A DNA stretch of 64,000 bases from Pristiophorus japonicus (Eukaryota), in assembly GCF_044704955.1 (NCBI RefSeq), contig NC_091997.1, forward strand, positions 67,580,001 to 67,644,000, given 5' to 3'. Within the stretch, counting starts at the first letter, position 1, and the number at the start of each line of letters is the position of its first letter. A model generated the notes under the pieces. The model did no database searches. It was given only the letters and a program-made list of their open reading frames with translations, and was not told where the DNA came from. The position numbers were made by a program, and so were the translations under genes. Below are positions 12,820 to 24,964 of the stretch, one piece after another.

Positions 12820-13658
12820 TGGGTATGGTTAGATGGGCGTTCGGTGCCCGGGGTATGGTTAGACGGGCGTTCGGTGCCCGGGGTATGGTTAGACGGGCGT
12901 TCGGTGCCCGGGGTATGGTTAGACGGGCGTTCGGTGCCCGGGGTATGGTTAGATGGGCGTTCGGTGCCCGGAGTATGGTTAGACGGGCGTTCGGTGCCCG
13001 GGGTATGGTTAAATGGGCGTTCGGTGCCCGGGGTATGGTTAGATGGGCGTTCGGTGCCCGGGGTATGGTTAGATGGGCGTTCGGTGCCCGGGGTATGGTT
13101 AGATGGGCGTTCGGTGCCCGGAGTATGGTTAGACGGGCGTTCGGTGCCCGGGGTATGGTTAGATGGGCGTTCGGTGCCCGGAGTATGGTTAGACGGGCGT
13201 TCGGTGCCCGGGGTATGGTTAGATGGGCGTTCGGTGCCCGGAGTATGGTTAGACGGGCGTTCGGTGCCCGGGGTATGGTTAGATGGGCGTTCGGTGCCCG
13301 GGGTATGGTTAGATGGGCGTTCGGTGCCCGGGGTATGGTTAGACGGGCGTTCGGTGCCCGGGGTATGGTTAGACGGGCGTTCGGTGCCCGGAGTATGGTT
13401 AGATGGGCGTTCGGTGCCCGGAGTATGGTTAGATGGGCGTTCGGTGCCCGGGGTATGGTTAGATGGGCGTTCGGTGCCCGGGGTATGGTTAGATGGGCGT
13501 TCGGTGCCCGGGGTATGGTTAGACGGGCGTTCGGTGCCCGGGGTATGGTTAGACAGGCGTTCGGTGCCCGGGGTATGGTTAGACGGGCGTTCGGTGCCCG
13601 GGGTATAGTTAGACGGGCGCTCGGTGCCCGGGGTATAGTTAGCCGGGCGCTCGGTGCC
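12820..13658. repeat. 30-bp minisatellite (about 28 near-identical units)
   Basis: Unit gggtatggttagaYgggcgttcggtgcccg. Confidence 0.95.
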
Positions 13659-15019
13659 CTCCCCAGGTTTTCTGTCTCTCATGCGATGGTCGCTCGGGCT
13701 GCCCGAATGTCGGGGTCATCGTCTGATCCTGATCCTGATCTTGTTCGCAGAGATAACAGTTTGCAGCCGACTTGGCAGGACAGGAATTGCACCCCAGCAC
13801 ACATGTCTCCCCCTCTCCCCCTCTTCTCCCCCCCACCCCTCTCCAAAATTGCTCTGTTACATGGACAAACAACACTTAACTCATTCAGCTACCTCTGGAA
13901 AGACGCTTAAAAGTTAGAGAGTGTGTGTGTGTGTGTGTGTGTGTATGAGTATATATCGCTCTATTTATCTCTCTCTATCCCGAGCTCCTGCGGCCTCTGA
14001 TCCCTCAGCGGACTGACACCTCCCGAGAGTGAACTCACAATCGAGCAGTAATCCTGGGCTGGGATGCCAACCAATAGCGCTCCCGCCCCCGACTCTCCGT
14101 CTCTCTCTTTCTGCGCTCCCCCCCCCCCATAAACCCCTCCTCCCCTCCCGTCCCGCAATGTCCTGTAATCCAGTATCCCCAAGGCGCACATGCGGAAAGC
14201 CACAGATGCAAATATCTTGATTCCGCGTTTCACCGTTGTGTGTGTGCTTCTAATGTGAATTTCGATTCTGCGGCTTTTCCAAGCTGCAAATCCCAGTGGC
14301 TGAATGAGCTGATGATAGCCTCCAGATAAAAGCACACGTCAGCACCTGCGCTTCAACATAGTGAGAGACGTGTTTATCCGCAGGGTGCAATGTGGAACTC
14401 ATCACTGTCACTCCTGTCCAGTTGGAAGTGTGGAACGAAAGAGCAGGTACTGCCTTTGTGCCGGAAGCTTAATTTAAACATCGTGCCCCCCGTCTCGCTT
14501 GGGGTACAGTCCCACAGTCGCCCTCCTACCCCTTGCCCAAGGCGCAGACTCGGCGTGTCGGGGATATTCGGCTGTGGCGGGCGTCATAGCGGAGGTGGGC
14601 ATTCTCAACCGGGGGGGGGGGGGCGCTACAGTTGGGCCTCGAGTGCTGCCGGATTCTGGAGCGGTAAATTGGCTGGAAAGCACCGGTGAGTGGGCGGTGG
14701 GTCGGCGGTGATGCACCTCATGGCCAAATAGCGCGCGAGCACTCATCTGGCACAAAGGATCGTTTTTCCTGTGCGAGCTGGAGGCCTCGGGCGATTCGCA
14801 CGGTTGATAATTGTTCGCGTGTTTGTGCCTGAAGTCCGTCGCCATGGCTGATGCTCCCAGTGCAGTACCGACGGAGTGCCGCACTGTCGGGCGAGACGGC
14901 AAACCGAGGTTCTCCCCCTCGGGTGATCCCACCGCCACTACTCGAAGAGGGACAGGGGAGGTTTCCCCGGTGTCCTGCAGGCGACACTGTGTGGCTGGAA
15001 CCATTTGTTCCCTGGTTGC

Positions 15020-15595
15020 ATACACTGGGCATGTATTCCCTGGAGTTGAGAAGATTGAGGGCCGACTTAATCGAGGTGTTCAAGACAATTAAAGGGTCTG
15101 ACTGGGTAGACCGAGGGGAACTATTTCCTCTGGCGGGGGGGAGTCCAGAACAAGCGGGCATTACCCTAAAATTAGAGCAGGGGTAATGTCAAGAAGCACT
15201 TCTTCACACACACGGCAGTGGGAATCGGGAACGCTCTCCCCCAAAAAACTGCTGAGCCTGACCTCAACTCCACTTTCCCGCCCGATCCCCATATCCCTCG
15301 ATTCCCCTCGAGTCCAAAAATCTATCGATCTCAGCCTTGAATATACTCAGCGACTGAGCCTCCACAGCCCTCTGGGGCAGAGAATTCCAAAGATTCACCC
15401 CCCTCTGAGTGAAGAAATTCCTCCTCATCTCAGTCCTAAATGGCCGACCCTTTATCCTGAGACTGTGACCCCTGGCTCTAGACTCCCCAGCCCCGGGGGG
15501 AACATCCTCCCTGCATCTACCCTGTCAAGCCCTGTGAGAATTGTGTATGTTTCAATGAGATCACCTCTCATTCTCCTAAACTCTAGAGAGTATCT
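15020..15595. mobile_element. Two CR1 3' fragments in opposite orientation (+ 15020-15250, - 15255-15595)
   Basis: LGMYSLELRRLRADLIEVFK on +; reverse complement of the CR1 ORF2 end on -. Confidence 0.75.
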
Positions 15596-16094
15596 AATGC
15601 CATGGTCCTGACTTTTTAATTTGAAATAATACTTTGTGTTTACCTCGTCTATCTACCCTTTCATATTTTATCATAATATCATTTTGACAGCACCGAAGGT
15701 GGCGATTTCGGCCCATCGTGTCCACGCTGGTGAGGGTTACCCAGGACGACTGGAGACCTGCTCTGCTGCACAGACCTAGTGCGCACACATATCGCAGTGT
15801 GGGCTGGCCCGTGCTGGCACTGGAAGCTGCAGTGGTATGTCACTCCAGCTCTTGTACTTCCCGACCTGTGGAGGTGTTCACTCGCTGGCCCACGATTTAT
15901 TCCTCGATCAGCATAACAAAAACAGATTATCTGGGTCATTATCACATTGCTGTGTGTGGGAGCTTGCTGTGCGCAAATTGGCTGCTGCATTTCCCACATT
16001 ACAACAGTGACTACACTCCAAAAGTTCACTTCATTGGCTGTAAAGCATCCAGTGTTTGTGAAAGGCGCTATATAAATGCAAGTCTTCCTTTCCA

Positions 16095-16910
16095 CTCCTG
16101 ACTTTTTTTCCTTTTATCAGCTTGAGCCCTGCCTCCGTTGTCTCGCTCTCCCGAGGTAATATTCCCGATTTACCCCGTCCATGCTCACAACCATCCTGTG
16201 CGTCTCATCAGACCAAGATTCCCTTTCCGGGCCAGAGCGCCCGAGACTCCGGCCTTCCCTCCGAACTCGGGTTCCCCGTGACACATCAGAAATAGGAGCA
16301 GGAGTCGGCCATACGGCCCCTCGACCTGCTCCGCCATTTAATACGATCATGGCTGATCCGATCATGGACTCAGCTCCACTTCCCTGCCCGCTCCCCATTA
16401 CCTCTTACTGGTTAAGAAACTGTCTAATCTCTGTCTTAAATTTATTCAATGTCCCGGCTTCCACAGCTAGGTATCTCTTCCCCCACATTGTCGGGAGTGC
16501 GGGGACTGTGGTTTATGTGGGCAATGTAATGCCAGCCCTTTGTGCTGTAGTATAANNNNNNNNNNNNNNNNNNNNNNNNNNNNNNNNNNNNNNNNNNNNN
16601 NNNNNNNNNNNNNNNNNNNNNNNNNNNNNNNNNNNNNNNNNNNNNNNNNNNNNNNNNNNNNNNNNNNNNNNNNNNNNNNNNNNNNNNNNNNNNNNTCACA
16701 CTCTCTCTCCTCACTCTCTCTCTCTCCACACTCTCTCTCTTTCACTCTCTCTCTTTCACTCTCTCTCTCTTTCTCTCTCTCTCTCTTCTCTCTCCTCACT
16801 CACTCACTCTCTCCTCTCACCTCACTCACTCACTCACTCACTCACTCTCACCTCTCTCCATTAAAGGATGTGCAGGGAGAGAAACCACAAAGCGATGTTG
16901 GGACTGTGGG
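16095..16910. repeat. Unclassified dispersed repeat, copy 1 (interrupted by a CR1 tail 16285-16468, an N run and (TC)n)
   Basis: Colinear with 39115-39522 (tcccgaggtaatattcccgattta...gccagccctttgtgctgta...cattaaaggatgt). Confidence 0.8.
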
Positions 16911-17511
16911 CGCTAGCCCGCACACCCAGCGTCCCGATGTGTTCTGAGCTGCCATCAATCATTATGTCCGCGCATTTCGGTAGCCGCCTTTAAATAATTC
17001 CAGCAGTGTGTTGTGGGGGAGAGAGAGAAACCACTGTTGCGACAGCCCATGTGTGCGGTGTAAACAGATTTCCGTCTGTGTGTACGCCCCACCCTTAGCC
17101 GGCCAGTCTCAATATCACCAGCTCCTGGCCACTTTATACTGTGGCAGCTGTACAGTATATTGGGTGGCCCCTGTGTCTGGGATTTCAATGGATCGCTGAT
17201 GTTCACCATTGATGATCGGGCGGGAAACGTTTCCACTTTCAAATCTGAATTGTGTTGTTTAAAGAAACCACGCTCTTCCCCCGATCACGGAGGGCCGACG
17301 ACTGACTCTGCTTTGCACCCCTTGGGAAATGTCAAACCCTGAACAGACTTGGGCAAACCCAGCTATCGCAGACACCGTTCCCTGCCCCACTGCAGCACAT
17401 TACCGGCCAGGATGCCATCGTTGCAAATGCAGCAGAGAACGCCCCCAGACGCACTCTGCAAACTGGGACATGCTCAGCACTCTGTGTAATCGCGTTTCCA
17501 TCCCAACACAG

Positions 17512-18448
17512 GTGTCAACCGGGGCTCAGTGGGTAGTACCCTCGCCTCTGAGTCAGAAGGTTGTGGGTTCAAGTCCCACTCCAGGGACTGGAGCACATAA
17601 ATCTAGGCTGACATTCCCAGTGCAGTGCTGAGGGAGTGCCGCACTGTCGGAGGGGCATTACTGAGGGACTGCCTCACTGTCGGAGGGGCATTACTGAGGG
17701 ACTGCCTCACTGTCGGAGGGGCATTACTGAGGGAGTGCCACACTGTCGGAGGGGCAGTGTTGTCGGAGGGACAGTACTGAGGGAGCGCCACGCTGTCGGT
17801 GGGGCAGTGCTGAGGGAGTGCCGCACTGTCGGAGGGACAGTACTGAGGGAGCGCCGCACTGTCGGAGGGACAGTACTGAGGGAGCGCCACACTGTCGGAG
17901 GAGCAGTGCTGAGGGAGCCCCGCACTGTCGGTGGGGCAGTGCTGAGGGAGCGCCGTACTGTCGGAGAGGCAGTGCTGAGGGAGCGCTGCACTGTCGGAGG
18001 GGCATTACTGAGGGACTGCCTCACTGTCAGAGGGGCGGTACTGAGGGAGCACTGCACTGTCGGAGGGGCGTTACTGAGGGACTGCCTCACTGTCGGAGGG
18101 GCAGTGCTGAGGGAGTGTCGGAGGTGCCGTCTTTCAGATGAGACGTTAAACCGAGGCTCTATCTGCTCTCTCAGGTGGATGTAAAAGATCCCGTGTCACT
18201 ATTTTGAAGAAGAGCAGGGGAGTTCTACCCGGTGTCCTGGGGCCAATATTTATCCCTCAATCAACATCACTAAAAAAAAAACAGATTATCTGGGTCATTA
18301 TCTCATTGCTGTGTGTGGGAGCTTGCTGTGCGCAAATTGGCTGCTGCGTTTCCCACATTACAACAGTGACTACACTCCAAAAGTACTTAATTGGCTGTAA
18401 AGCGCTTTGGGACGTTTGGTGGTTGTGAAAGGAGCTATAGAAATGCAT
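17512..18448 (+). mobile_element. DeuSINE-like element, about 15 x 33-bp units (diverged)
   Basis: Head, array 17623-18125, core and tail all present. Confidence 0.88.
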
Positions 18449-19063
18449 GTGGCAGGTGCGGATGTTCCCTGTAACTTTCTTTTACCCTTTAACTGGCTGC
18501 CCGGCCCATTCAGCGAGTTCCACATTCTCAGCACTCTCTGGGTAAAGAAGTTTCTCCTGAATTCCCCCGTTGGGTTTATTAGTGACTGTCTGATATTGAT
18601 GGCCCCTAGTTTCGGTCTTCCCCACAAGTGGAAATATTCTGTAAACCACTCTTATCAAAACCTTTCATAATTTTAAAGAGCTCTCATTAGGTCACCCCTG
18701 AGCTAAAGAGACCCAGGCTGTTGCCTTTTCTATATCGGGTCTCGGTTCCCTTCGACCCCGGTGCCTGTCACCCCTAGGGAGGGGGCTCGAGTCCATGGGG
18801 GCCGGGCCCCAACAAGGAGCGACAGGGATGTGTGTGAGATGGGCCGGGAGGAAAATCGAGCTGGTGCTGGGAGGAGCAAGTGTGATAAAGCAGTGATTGA
18901 TTTAAATGTTCAGATTAACAAGCATCTGAACCGGGTTCAACCGCAACTGAAACAGTGCTTGAAGAAAGACTTGCGTTTATATAGTGCCTTACACGACCAC
19001 CGGACGTCCCAAAGCGCTTTTACATCAATTGGAGTACTTTTGGAGTGTAGTCACTGTTGTAAT

Positions 19064-19380
19064 AGAAACATAGAAAATAAGCGCAGGAGTAGGCCATTCG
19101 GCCCTTCGAGCCTGCACCGTCATTCAATATGATCATGGCTGATCATTCACCTCAGTACCTCTTTCCTGATTTCTCTCCATACCCCTTGATCCCTTTAGCC
19201 GTAAGGGCCATATCTAACTCCCTCTTGAATATATCCAATGAACTGGCCTCAACAACTCTCTGCGGCAGGGAATTCCACAGGTTATCAACTCTCTGAGTGA
19301 AGAAGTTTCTCCTCATCTTGGTCCTAAATGGCTTACCCCTTATCCCCTGTGTGACCCTGGTTCTGGACTTCCCCAACATC
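19064..19380 (-). mobile_element. CR1 3' end with terminal microsatellite tail
   Basis: FFTQRVDNLWNSLPQRVVEASSLDIFKRELD on -; tail (tttctatg)-like. Confidence 0.88.
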
Positions 19381-19823
19381 GGAGTGGGTGTGAGTGAGTG
19401 AGTGAGAGTAGGTGTGATTGAGTGAGTGGGAAAGCGAGTGAGTGAGAGTAGGTGTGATTGAGTGAGTGAGTGGGCGTGGGTGATTGGTTGGGTGAGAGTG
19501 AGTGAGTATAAAAGAGAGGGAGAGAGATGGAGATTAACCGGGGCAGGCGGGGACCCGGGATTGGTGGAGAGGGACGGAGAGCAGAAGGCCGAGATACTGA
19601 GAGACACAAACAGAGGGGCAGGGAGAGAGACGCAGAGTAACCGGGCGATGACGGGGCAGAGAGTTGTGGAACAGGATTAAAAGAGAGAATTGTGGAGAGA
19701 GAGATGCAGAAACTGAGCGTTGGAGATGTCGGGACAGACAAAGACCGAGAGACAGTGAGGCCGATGTGGAGGAAGAGCTGGAGGGGCCGAGAGATGAAGA
19801 AAGATGATGATACAGAGATGAAG

Positions 19824-20114
19824 ATGGCGGCGGTGTGGGCTCGGATTTCCCGCAGGAGTTTCAGTAGCTGTCGGCTGTGGCTGGTACGGAGGAGCACCGA
19901 GCGGCACGCACTGGGAAAATCCTGACCTTTGTTGTTGCTGTTCCTGGCGTAAGTGTCTGTATGTCACACCCAGGAGCAGGCAGAGTTTGTTCCTTATGAG
20001 CTCCTTCGTATCAGGAGCAAACCATTCCCTTGGGGTGATGGGAAGCGCAGTCTCTTCCACGATCCCCGTACTAATCCTCTGCCCACGGGCTACGAAGGTG
20101 TGGAGGAAGACTGA
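19824..20114 (+). pseudogene. COX6A1: Processed pseudogene of cytochrome c oxidase subunit 6A
   Basis: ATG at 19824 gives MAAVWARISRRSF; after a frameshift, [32 protein letters not shown]; after a second frameshift/deletion near 19970, [47 protein letters not shown] (stop 20112-20114). This matches the COX6A motifs [11 protein letters not shown] and [12 protein letters not shown]. No introns. AATAAA at 20242-20247. COX6A1 versus COX6A2 is uncertain. Confidence 0.92.
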
Positions 20115-21814
20115 AATGCTGGAGGAGAGAAGACTGGCTCTGAGTTGATGGACCAGTTATGTAAATGTGGTGTGTATTATTTCAAAAACAAAGGTAGAAG
20201 AATTGTGAAGCAAATGTTCACCTTTAATGAGGGAACACCATAATAAATACACAGGGAGATGCAACAATAACGTTGCAGGAAGGGATGGAAGGGATTAAGG
20301 TGTAGAGAGAGATTTAGAGAGAGAGAAATGTGGAGACAGAGACAGACAATATAAAGAAACGTGGAGATTTCAAGACAGATTTGCTGTTGTAATGTGGGAA
20401 ACGTGGCAGCCAATTTGCGCACAGCAAGCTCCCACACACAGCAATGTGATAATGACCAGATAATCTGTTTTAGTGATGTTGGTTAAGGGATAAATATTGG
20501 CCCAAGGACACCGGGGAGATCTCCCCTGCTCTTCTTCGAAATAGTGGCCAATGGGATCTTTTGCATCCACCTGAGAGAGCAGACAGGGCCTCAGTTTAAC
20601 GTCTCATCCGACAGTGCGGCGCTCCCTCAGCACTGCCCCTCCGACAGTGCGGCGCTCCCTCAGCACTGCCCCTCCGACAGTGCGGCGCTCCCTCAGCACT
20701 GCCCCTCCGACAGTGCGGCGCTCCCTCAGCACTGCCCCTCCGACAGTGCGGCGCTCCCTCAGCACTGCCCCTCCGACAGTGCGGCGCTCCCTCAGCACTG
20801 CCCCTCCGACAGTGCGGCGCTCCCTCAGCACTGCCCCTCCGACAGTGCGGCGCTCCCTCAGCACTGCCCCTCCGACAGTGCGGCGCTCCCTCAGCACTGC
20901 CCCTCCGACAGTGCGGCGCTCCCTCAGCACTGCCCCTCCGACAGTGCGGCGCTCCCTCAGCACTGCCCCTCCGACAGTGCGGCGCTCCCTCAGCACTGCA
21001 CTGGAGTGTCAGCCTGGACTTTATTTGTGTAAAAGTCTGGGAGTGGGACTTGAACCCAGGACTTTCTGACCCCGAGGCGAGGGTGCTGCCCACTGAGCCA
21101 AGACCAGGCCAGACACGGCCAGGGCCAAGCCCAAGTGCCCCCTCCGGCCATCTAGGGGGCGCACCATCCAACCTGGGACCTTCCGAATGTGGCCCATTGT
21201 GGGGGGGAGCCTGGATACTGCCTTTGATGTTTGAATGTTTTTGCTGTGAAGCTAATTAATGGTTGGAGGTAGAGGAGCGTAGTGGGGTGAGGAAGTTTAC
21301 AGTGAAACAGATGTCGTTTGGTTTTCATGTCATTTTCAGGCTGTCTGGGAGGAGGCAGTGAGCACCTTGAAACCCATCCAAGATCAACAAGGTTCCATTA
21401 CCAGGCCACCCATTTCATTAGGTGCCTATTACCCAGTCTGATCCCAAGGCTTGAAATGAAAGAACAAAGACTTTTTTTTCAAAAAAAAATTGTTTTTTAA
21501 GATTATAATGCAGCTTTTAATGAAAGCGAAGGGTAAAGCTGGTATTACACGCTGGGGAGTCGGAGTGAGGCTGTATCACTTGGGGCCTTTCTGAAGCCTG
21601 GCCAACAAGCCAAGGTTAACTCGTACTGCTCGTTCCACCGTGCAGGGAGTTCCCCCCCCACCAGGCCCACAGGCTGCCTTCAGTCGGTGCTTCATCTGAT
21701 CAGCCCGACCCGCGTGCACAGAGTCTGGCCGGGGTTGCGGTGGTGGGGGGCAGCTGTTGCGGTGGCCCTCGCTGCCAAGGCTTTGGGGAGAGATGGAATG
21801 GTTGAGGGTTCCCT

Positions 21815-22240
21815 GTCTGTCAGTGGGCAGCACTCTCTCTCTCTCTCTCTCTCGCCTGAGTCAGCAGGTTGTGGGTTGGAGTCCCACTCCAGAGACTTGA
21901 GCACAAAACTCCAGGCTGCCACTCCCAGTGCAGTGCTGAGGGAGTGCCGCACTGTCGGAGGGACTGTCTTTTGGAGACGTTAAACCGAGGCCCCGTCTGC
22001 TCTCTCTGATAGATCCCAGGGCACTATTTCAAAGAAGAGCAGGGGAGTTCTCCCCGGTGTCCTGGGCCCAGTATTTATCCCTCAATCAACATCACTAAAA
22101 CAGATAATCCGCTCATTATCACATTGCTGTGTGTGGGAGCTTGCTGTGCGCAAATTGGCTGCTGCGTTTCCCACATTACAACAGTGACTACACTCCAAAA
22201 GTACTTCATTGGCTGTAAAGCGCTTTGGGACGTCCGGTGG
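21815..22240 (+). mobile_element. DeuSINE-like element with a single 33-bp unit
   Basis: Unexpanded form: cccagtgcagtgctgagggagtgccgcactgtcggagggactgtcttt. Confidence 0.85.
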
Positions 22241-22544
22241 CCCCGGGCACATCCAAGTTAAACTAGCTCAAGTCCAGCCACCCGGCCAAAACTGGACCGA
22301 TCGACCGAGTGTGCTGGGTGACTGGACGTCTGGTGGAGCGGTAGTTCACGTGACTCCCATGCCTTGGGATGGGAGTCCAGTGGCACCAATGTTCCCCGCC
22401 ACTCCCAAATTTTATTTGAGGGGCCGTGGGACCCCTTATAGGGCTTTCCCTTTTCAAAACTCCGGGCGAGCATGGTTTTTGCATTTAAAGGCTGGATCAC
22501 CACCCACTTGGGTTCTCCAGAGCGTGTATGGCCGTACAGGGAAT

Positions 22545-23125
22545 ATAAGAAATAGGAGCAGGAGTCGGCCATTCGGCCCCTCGAGCCTGCTCCGCCATTC
22601 AATAAGATCATGGCTGATCTGATCATGGACTCAGCTCCACTTCCCCGCCCGCTCCCCATAACCCTTCACTCCCTTATCGCTCAAAAATCTATCTCCACCT
22701 TAAATATATTCAATGACCCAGCCTCCACAGCTCTCTGGGGCAGTGAATTCCACAGATTTACAACCCTCAGAGAAGAAATTCCTCCTCATCTTGGTTTTAA
22801 ATGGGCGACCCCTTATTTTGAGACTGTGCCCCCTAGTTCTAGATTCCCCCACGAGGGGGAAACATCCTCTCTGCATCTACCCTGTCGAGCCCCCTCAGAA
22901 TCTTATATATTTGAGTAAGATCGCCTCTCCTAGACTCCATTGAGTATAGGCCCAACCTGCTCCACCTTTTCTTCATAAGACAACCCCTTCATCCCAGGAG
23001 TCAACCTCGTGAACCAATGCCAAGTGTATCCCTCCTTAAATACGGAGACCAAAACTCCAGTAACTCCAGTACTCCAGGTGTGGCCTCACCAATACCCTGT
23101 ACAGTTGGAGCGGGACTTCCCTGCT
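22545..23125 (-). mobile_element. CR1 3' fragment
   Basis: Tail aagaaataggagcaggagtcggccattcggcccctcgag; same family as 35590-36113. Confidence 0.88.
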
Positions 23126-23585
23126 AGGAACATTAAGAAACAACCTGTAACTCGGTGACTGCAAGCGTTGCGTCAGACTCTAATCTATGCGAGCTCTGAC
23201 CTTGATGCAAACCAGGAGTGTGAACGGGTTCAAAGCAACGATAAAAAGCAGAACATGTTTACACACTGCTTGCCTTCATCTTTGGGCGGGAGCCGATATT
23301 CTCAGTTGCTGAGGGTCTTCTGCTTCTTGGAAGAGTTTAAACACTTGCCATTCCCTCAACATGGCACACACACGGTACCCAGTCCTTCTCTGGTCTCTCT
23401 CCTCACACAGAAAAACAAAGACATGCATTTCTATAGCGCCTTTCACAAGCACCAGATGGCTCAAAGCGCTTTACAGCCAATGAAGTACTTTTGAAGTGTA
23501 GCCACTGTTGTAATGACACGGACACAGCAGGCACGGGTGGGCTCGCTCTCTTTCTCTCTCTCGCACACACCCTCTCTCTCTCGCA

Positions 23586-24206
23586 NNNNNNNNNNNNNNN
23601 NNNNNNNNNNNNNNNNNNNNNNNNNNNNNNNNNNNNNNNNNNNNNNNNNNNNNNNNNNNNNNNNNNNNNNNNNNNNNNNNNNNNNNNNNNNNNNNNNNNN
23701 NNNNNNNNNNNNNNNNNNNNNNNNNNNNNNNNNNNNNNNNNNNNNNNNNNNNNNNNNNNNNNNNNNNNNNNNNNNNNNNNNNNNNNNNNNNNNNNNNNNN
23801 NNNNNNNNNNNNNNNNNNNNNNNNNNNNNNNNNNNNNNNNNNNNNNNNNNNNNNNNNNNNNNNNNNNNNNNNNNNNNNNNNNNNNNNNNNNNNNNNNNNN
23901 NNNNNNNNNNNNNNNNNNNNNNNNNNNNNNNNNNNNNNNNNNNNNNNNNNNNNNNNNNNNNNNNNNNNNNNNNNNNNNNNNNNNNNNNNNNNNNNNNNNN
24001 NNNNNNNGTGTGTGTCTCTTTCTCTCTNNNNNNNNNNNNNNNNNNNNNNNNNNNNNNNNNNNNNNNNNNNNNNNNNNNNNNNNNNNNNNNNNNNNNNNNN
24101 NNNNNNNNNNNNNNNNNNNNNNNNNNNNNNNNNNNNNNNNNNNNNNNNNNNNNNNNNNNNNNNNNNNNNNNNNNNNNNNNNNNNNNNNNNNNNNNNNNNN
24201 NNNNNN
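23586..24206. other. N runs (23586-24007, 24028-24206; also 16556-16695) within TC/CA simple repeats
   Basis: The Ns are flanked by (tc)n/(tg)n, so they are masked or unresolved microsatellite. Confidence 0.8.
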
Positions 24207-24351
24207 GCTCTCCCCGTGTCTCTCGCCCCCCCCCCCATCTCCGCCCGTGCGCCTCCTCGTTCATGCACACACATTGAAAAGCCTGATGCATAAGCAATCC
24301 ATTTCACCTCCATTCCACGGATGTGTGTGTAACAACTTTCCTTTAACAATC

Positions 24352-24780
24352 AGAACAACTTGTATTTATATAGCGCCTTTAACGTAGTAAGATGTCCCAA
24401 GGCGCTTCACAGGAGCGTTATCAAACCGAATATGACACCGAGCCATGCAAGGAGATATTTGGACAGGTTTGACAGCTTGGTCAAAGAGGTCGGTTTTAAG
24501 GAGCGTCTTAAAAAAGGAGAGAGGTGGAGAGGTTTAGGGAAGGAGTTCCAGAGCTTGGGGCCCAGGCAACAGAAGGCACGGCCACCGATGGTGGAGCGAT
24601 TATAATCAGGGATGCTCAGGAGGGCAGAATTAAAGGAGTGCAGACATCTCGGGGGTTGTGGGGCTGGAGGAGATTACAGAGATAGGGAGGGGGCGAGGGC
24701 CATGGAGGGATTTGAAAACAAGGATGAGAATTTTAAAATCGAGGCGTTGCTTAACCGGGAGCCAATGTAGGTCAGCGAGT
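24352..24780 (-). mobile_element. L2-clade LINE 3' fragment
   Basis: LADLHWLPVKQRLDFKILILVFKSLHG on -. Confidence 0.85.
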
Positions 24781-24964
24781 TGCATTTCTACAACTTTGGG
24801 ATGTCCTGGGGTGTGTAATATGTAAATCTTTGGCGTCTGGTTGGGTTGCCATGCCCACAGGGTAGAGCACACACTCCATTTCTGTGTTCACACACCAACA
24901 ATGCCCACTTGGGGTTGGTTAGGTTGAGGGGGTTCCTATGGAACAGAAAGCCCTCCAGCCCTTC

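Larger units (their letters stand above)
18962..21100 (-). mobile_element. DeuSINE-like element with 12 x 33-bp units, split by a 1320-bp insert (19064-20383)
   Basis: Tail 18962-19063 and body 20384-21100 join seamlessly; CTGTTGTAAT occurs at both 19054-19063 and 20384-20393. Confidence 0.85.

Noticed and set aside
19677-20060. Minus-strand ORF with a faint resemblance to the C-terminus of SENP-type proteases (LPITPREWF...LIRNKL)
   Set aside because: It is the antisense reading of the COX6A retrocopy.
20608-21000. CRISPR-like array of 33-bp partly palindromic repeats
   Set aside because: Units are head-to-tail with no unique spacers, there are no cas genes, and the context is a vertebrate SINE.
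23586-24206. Missing exon 2 hidden in the N runs
   Set aside because: The longest run is 422 nt, shorter than the roughly 550-bp exon, and is flanked by simple repeats. Not strictly excluded if the gap sizes are nominal.
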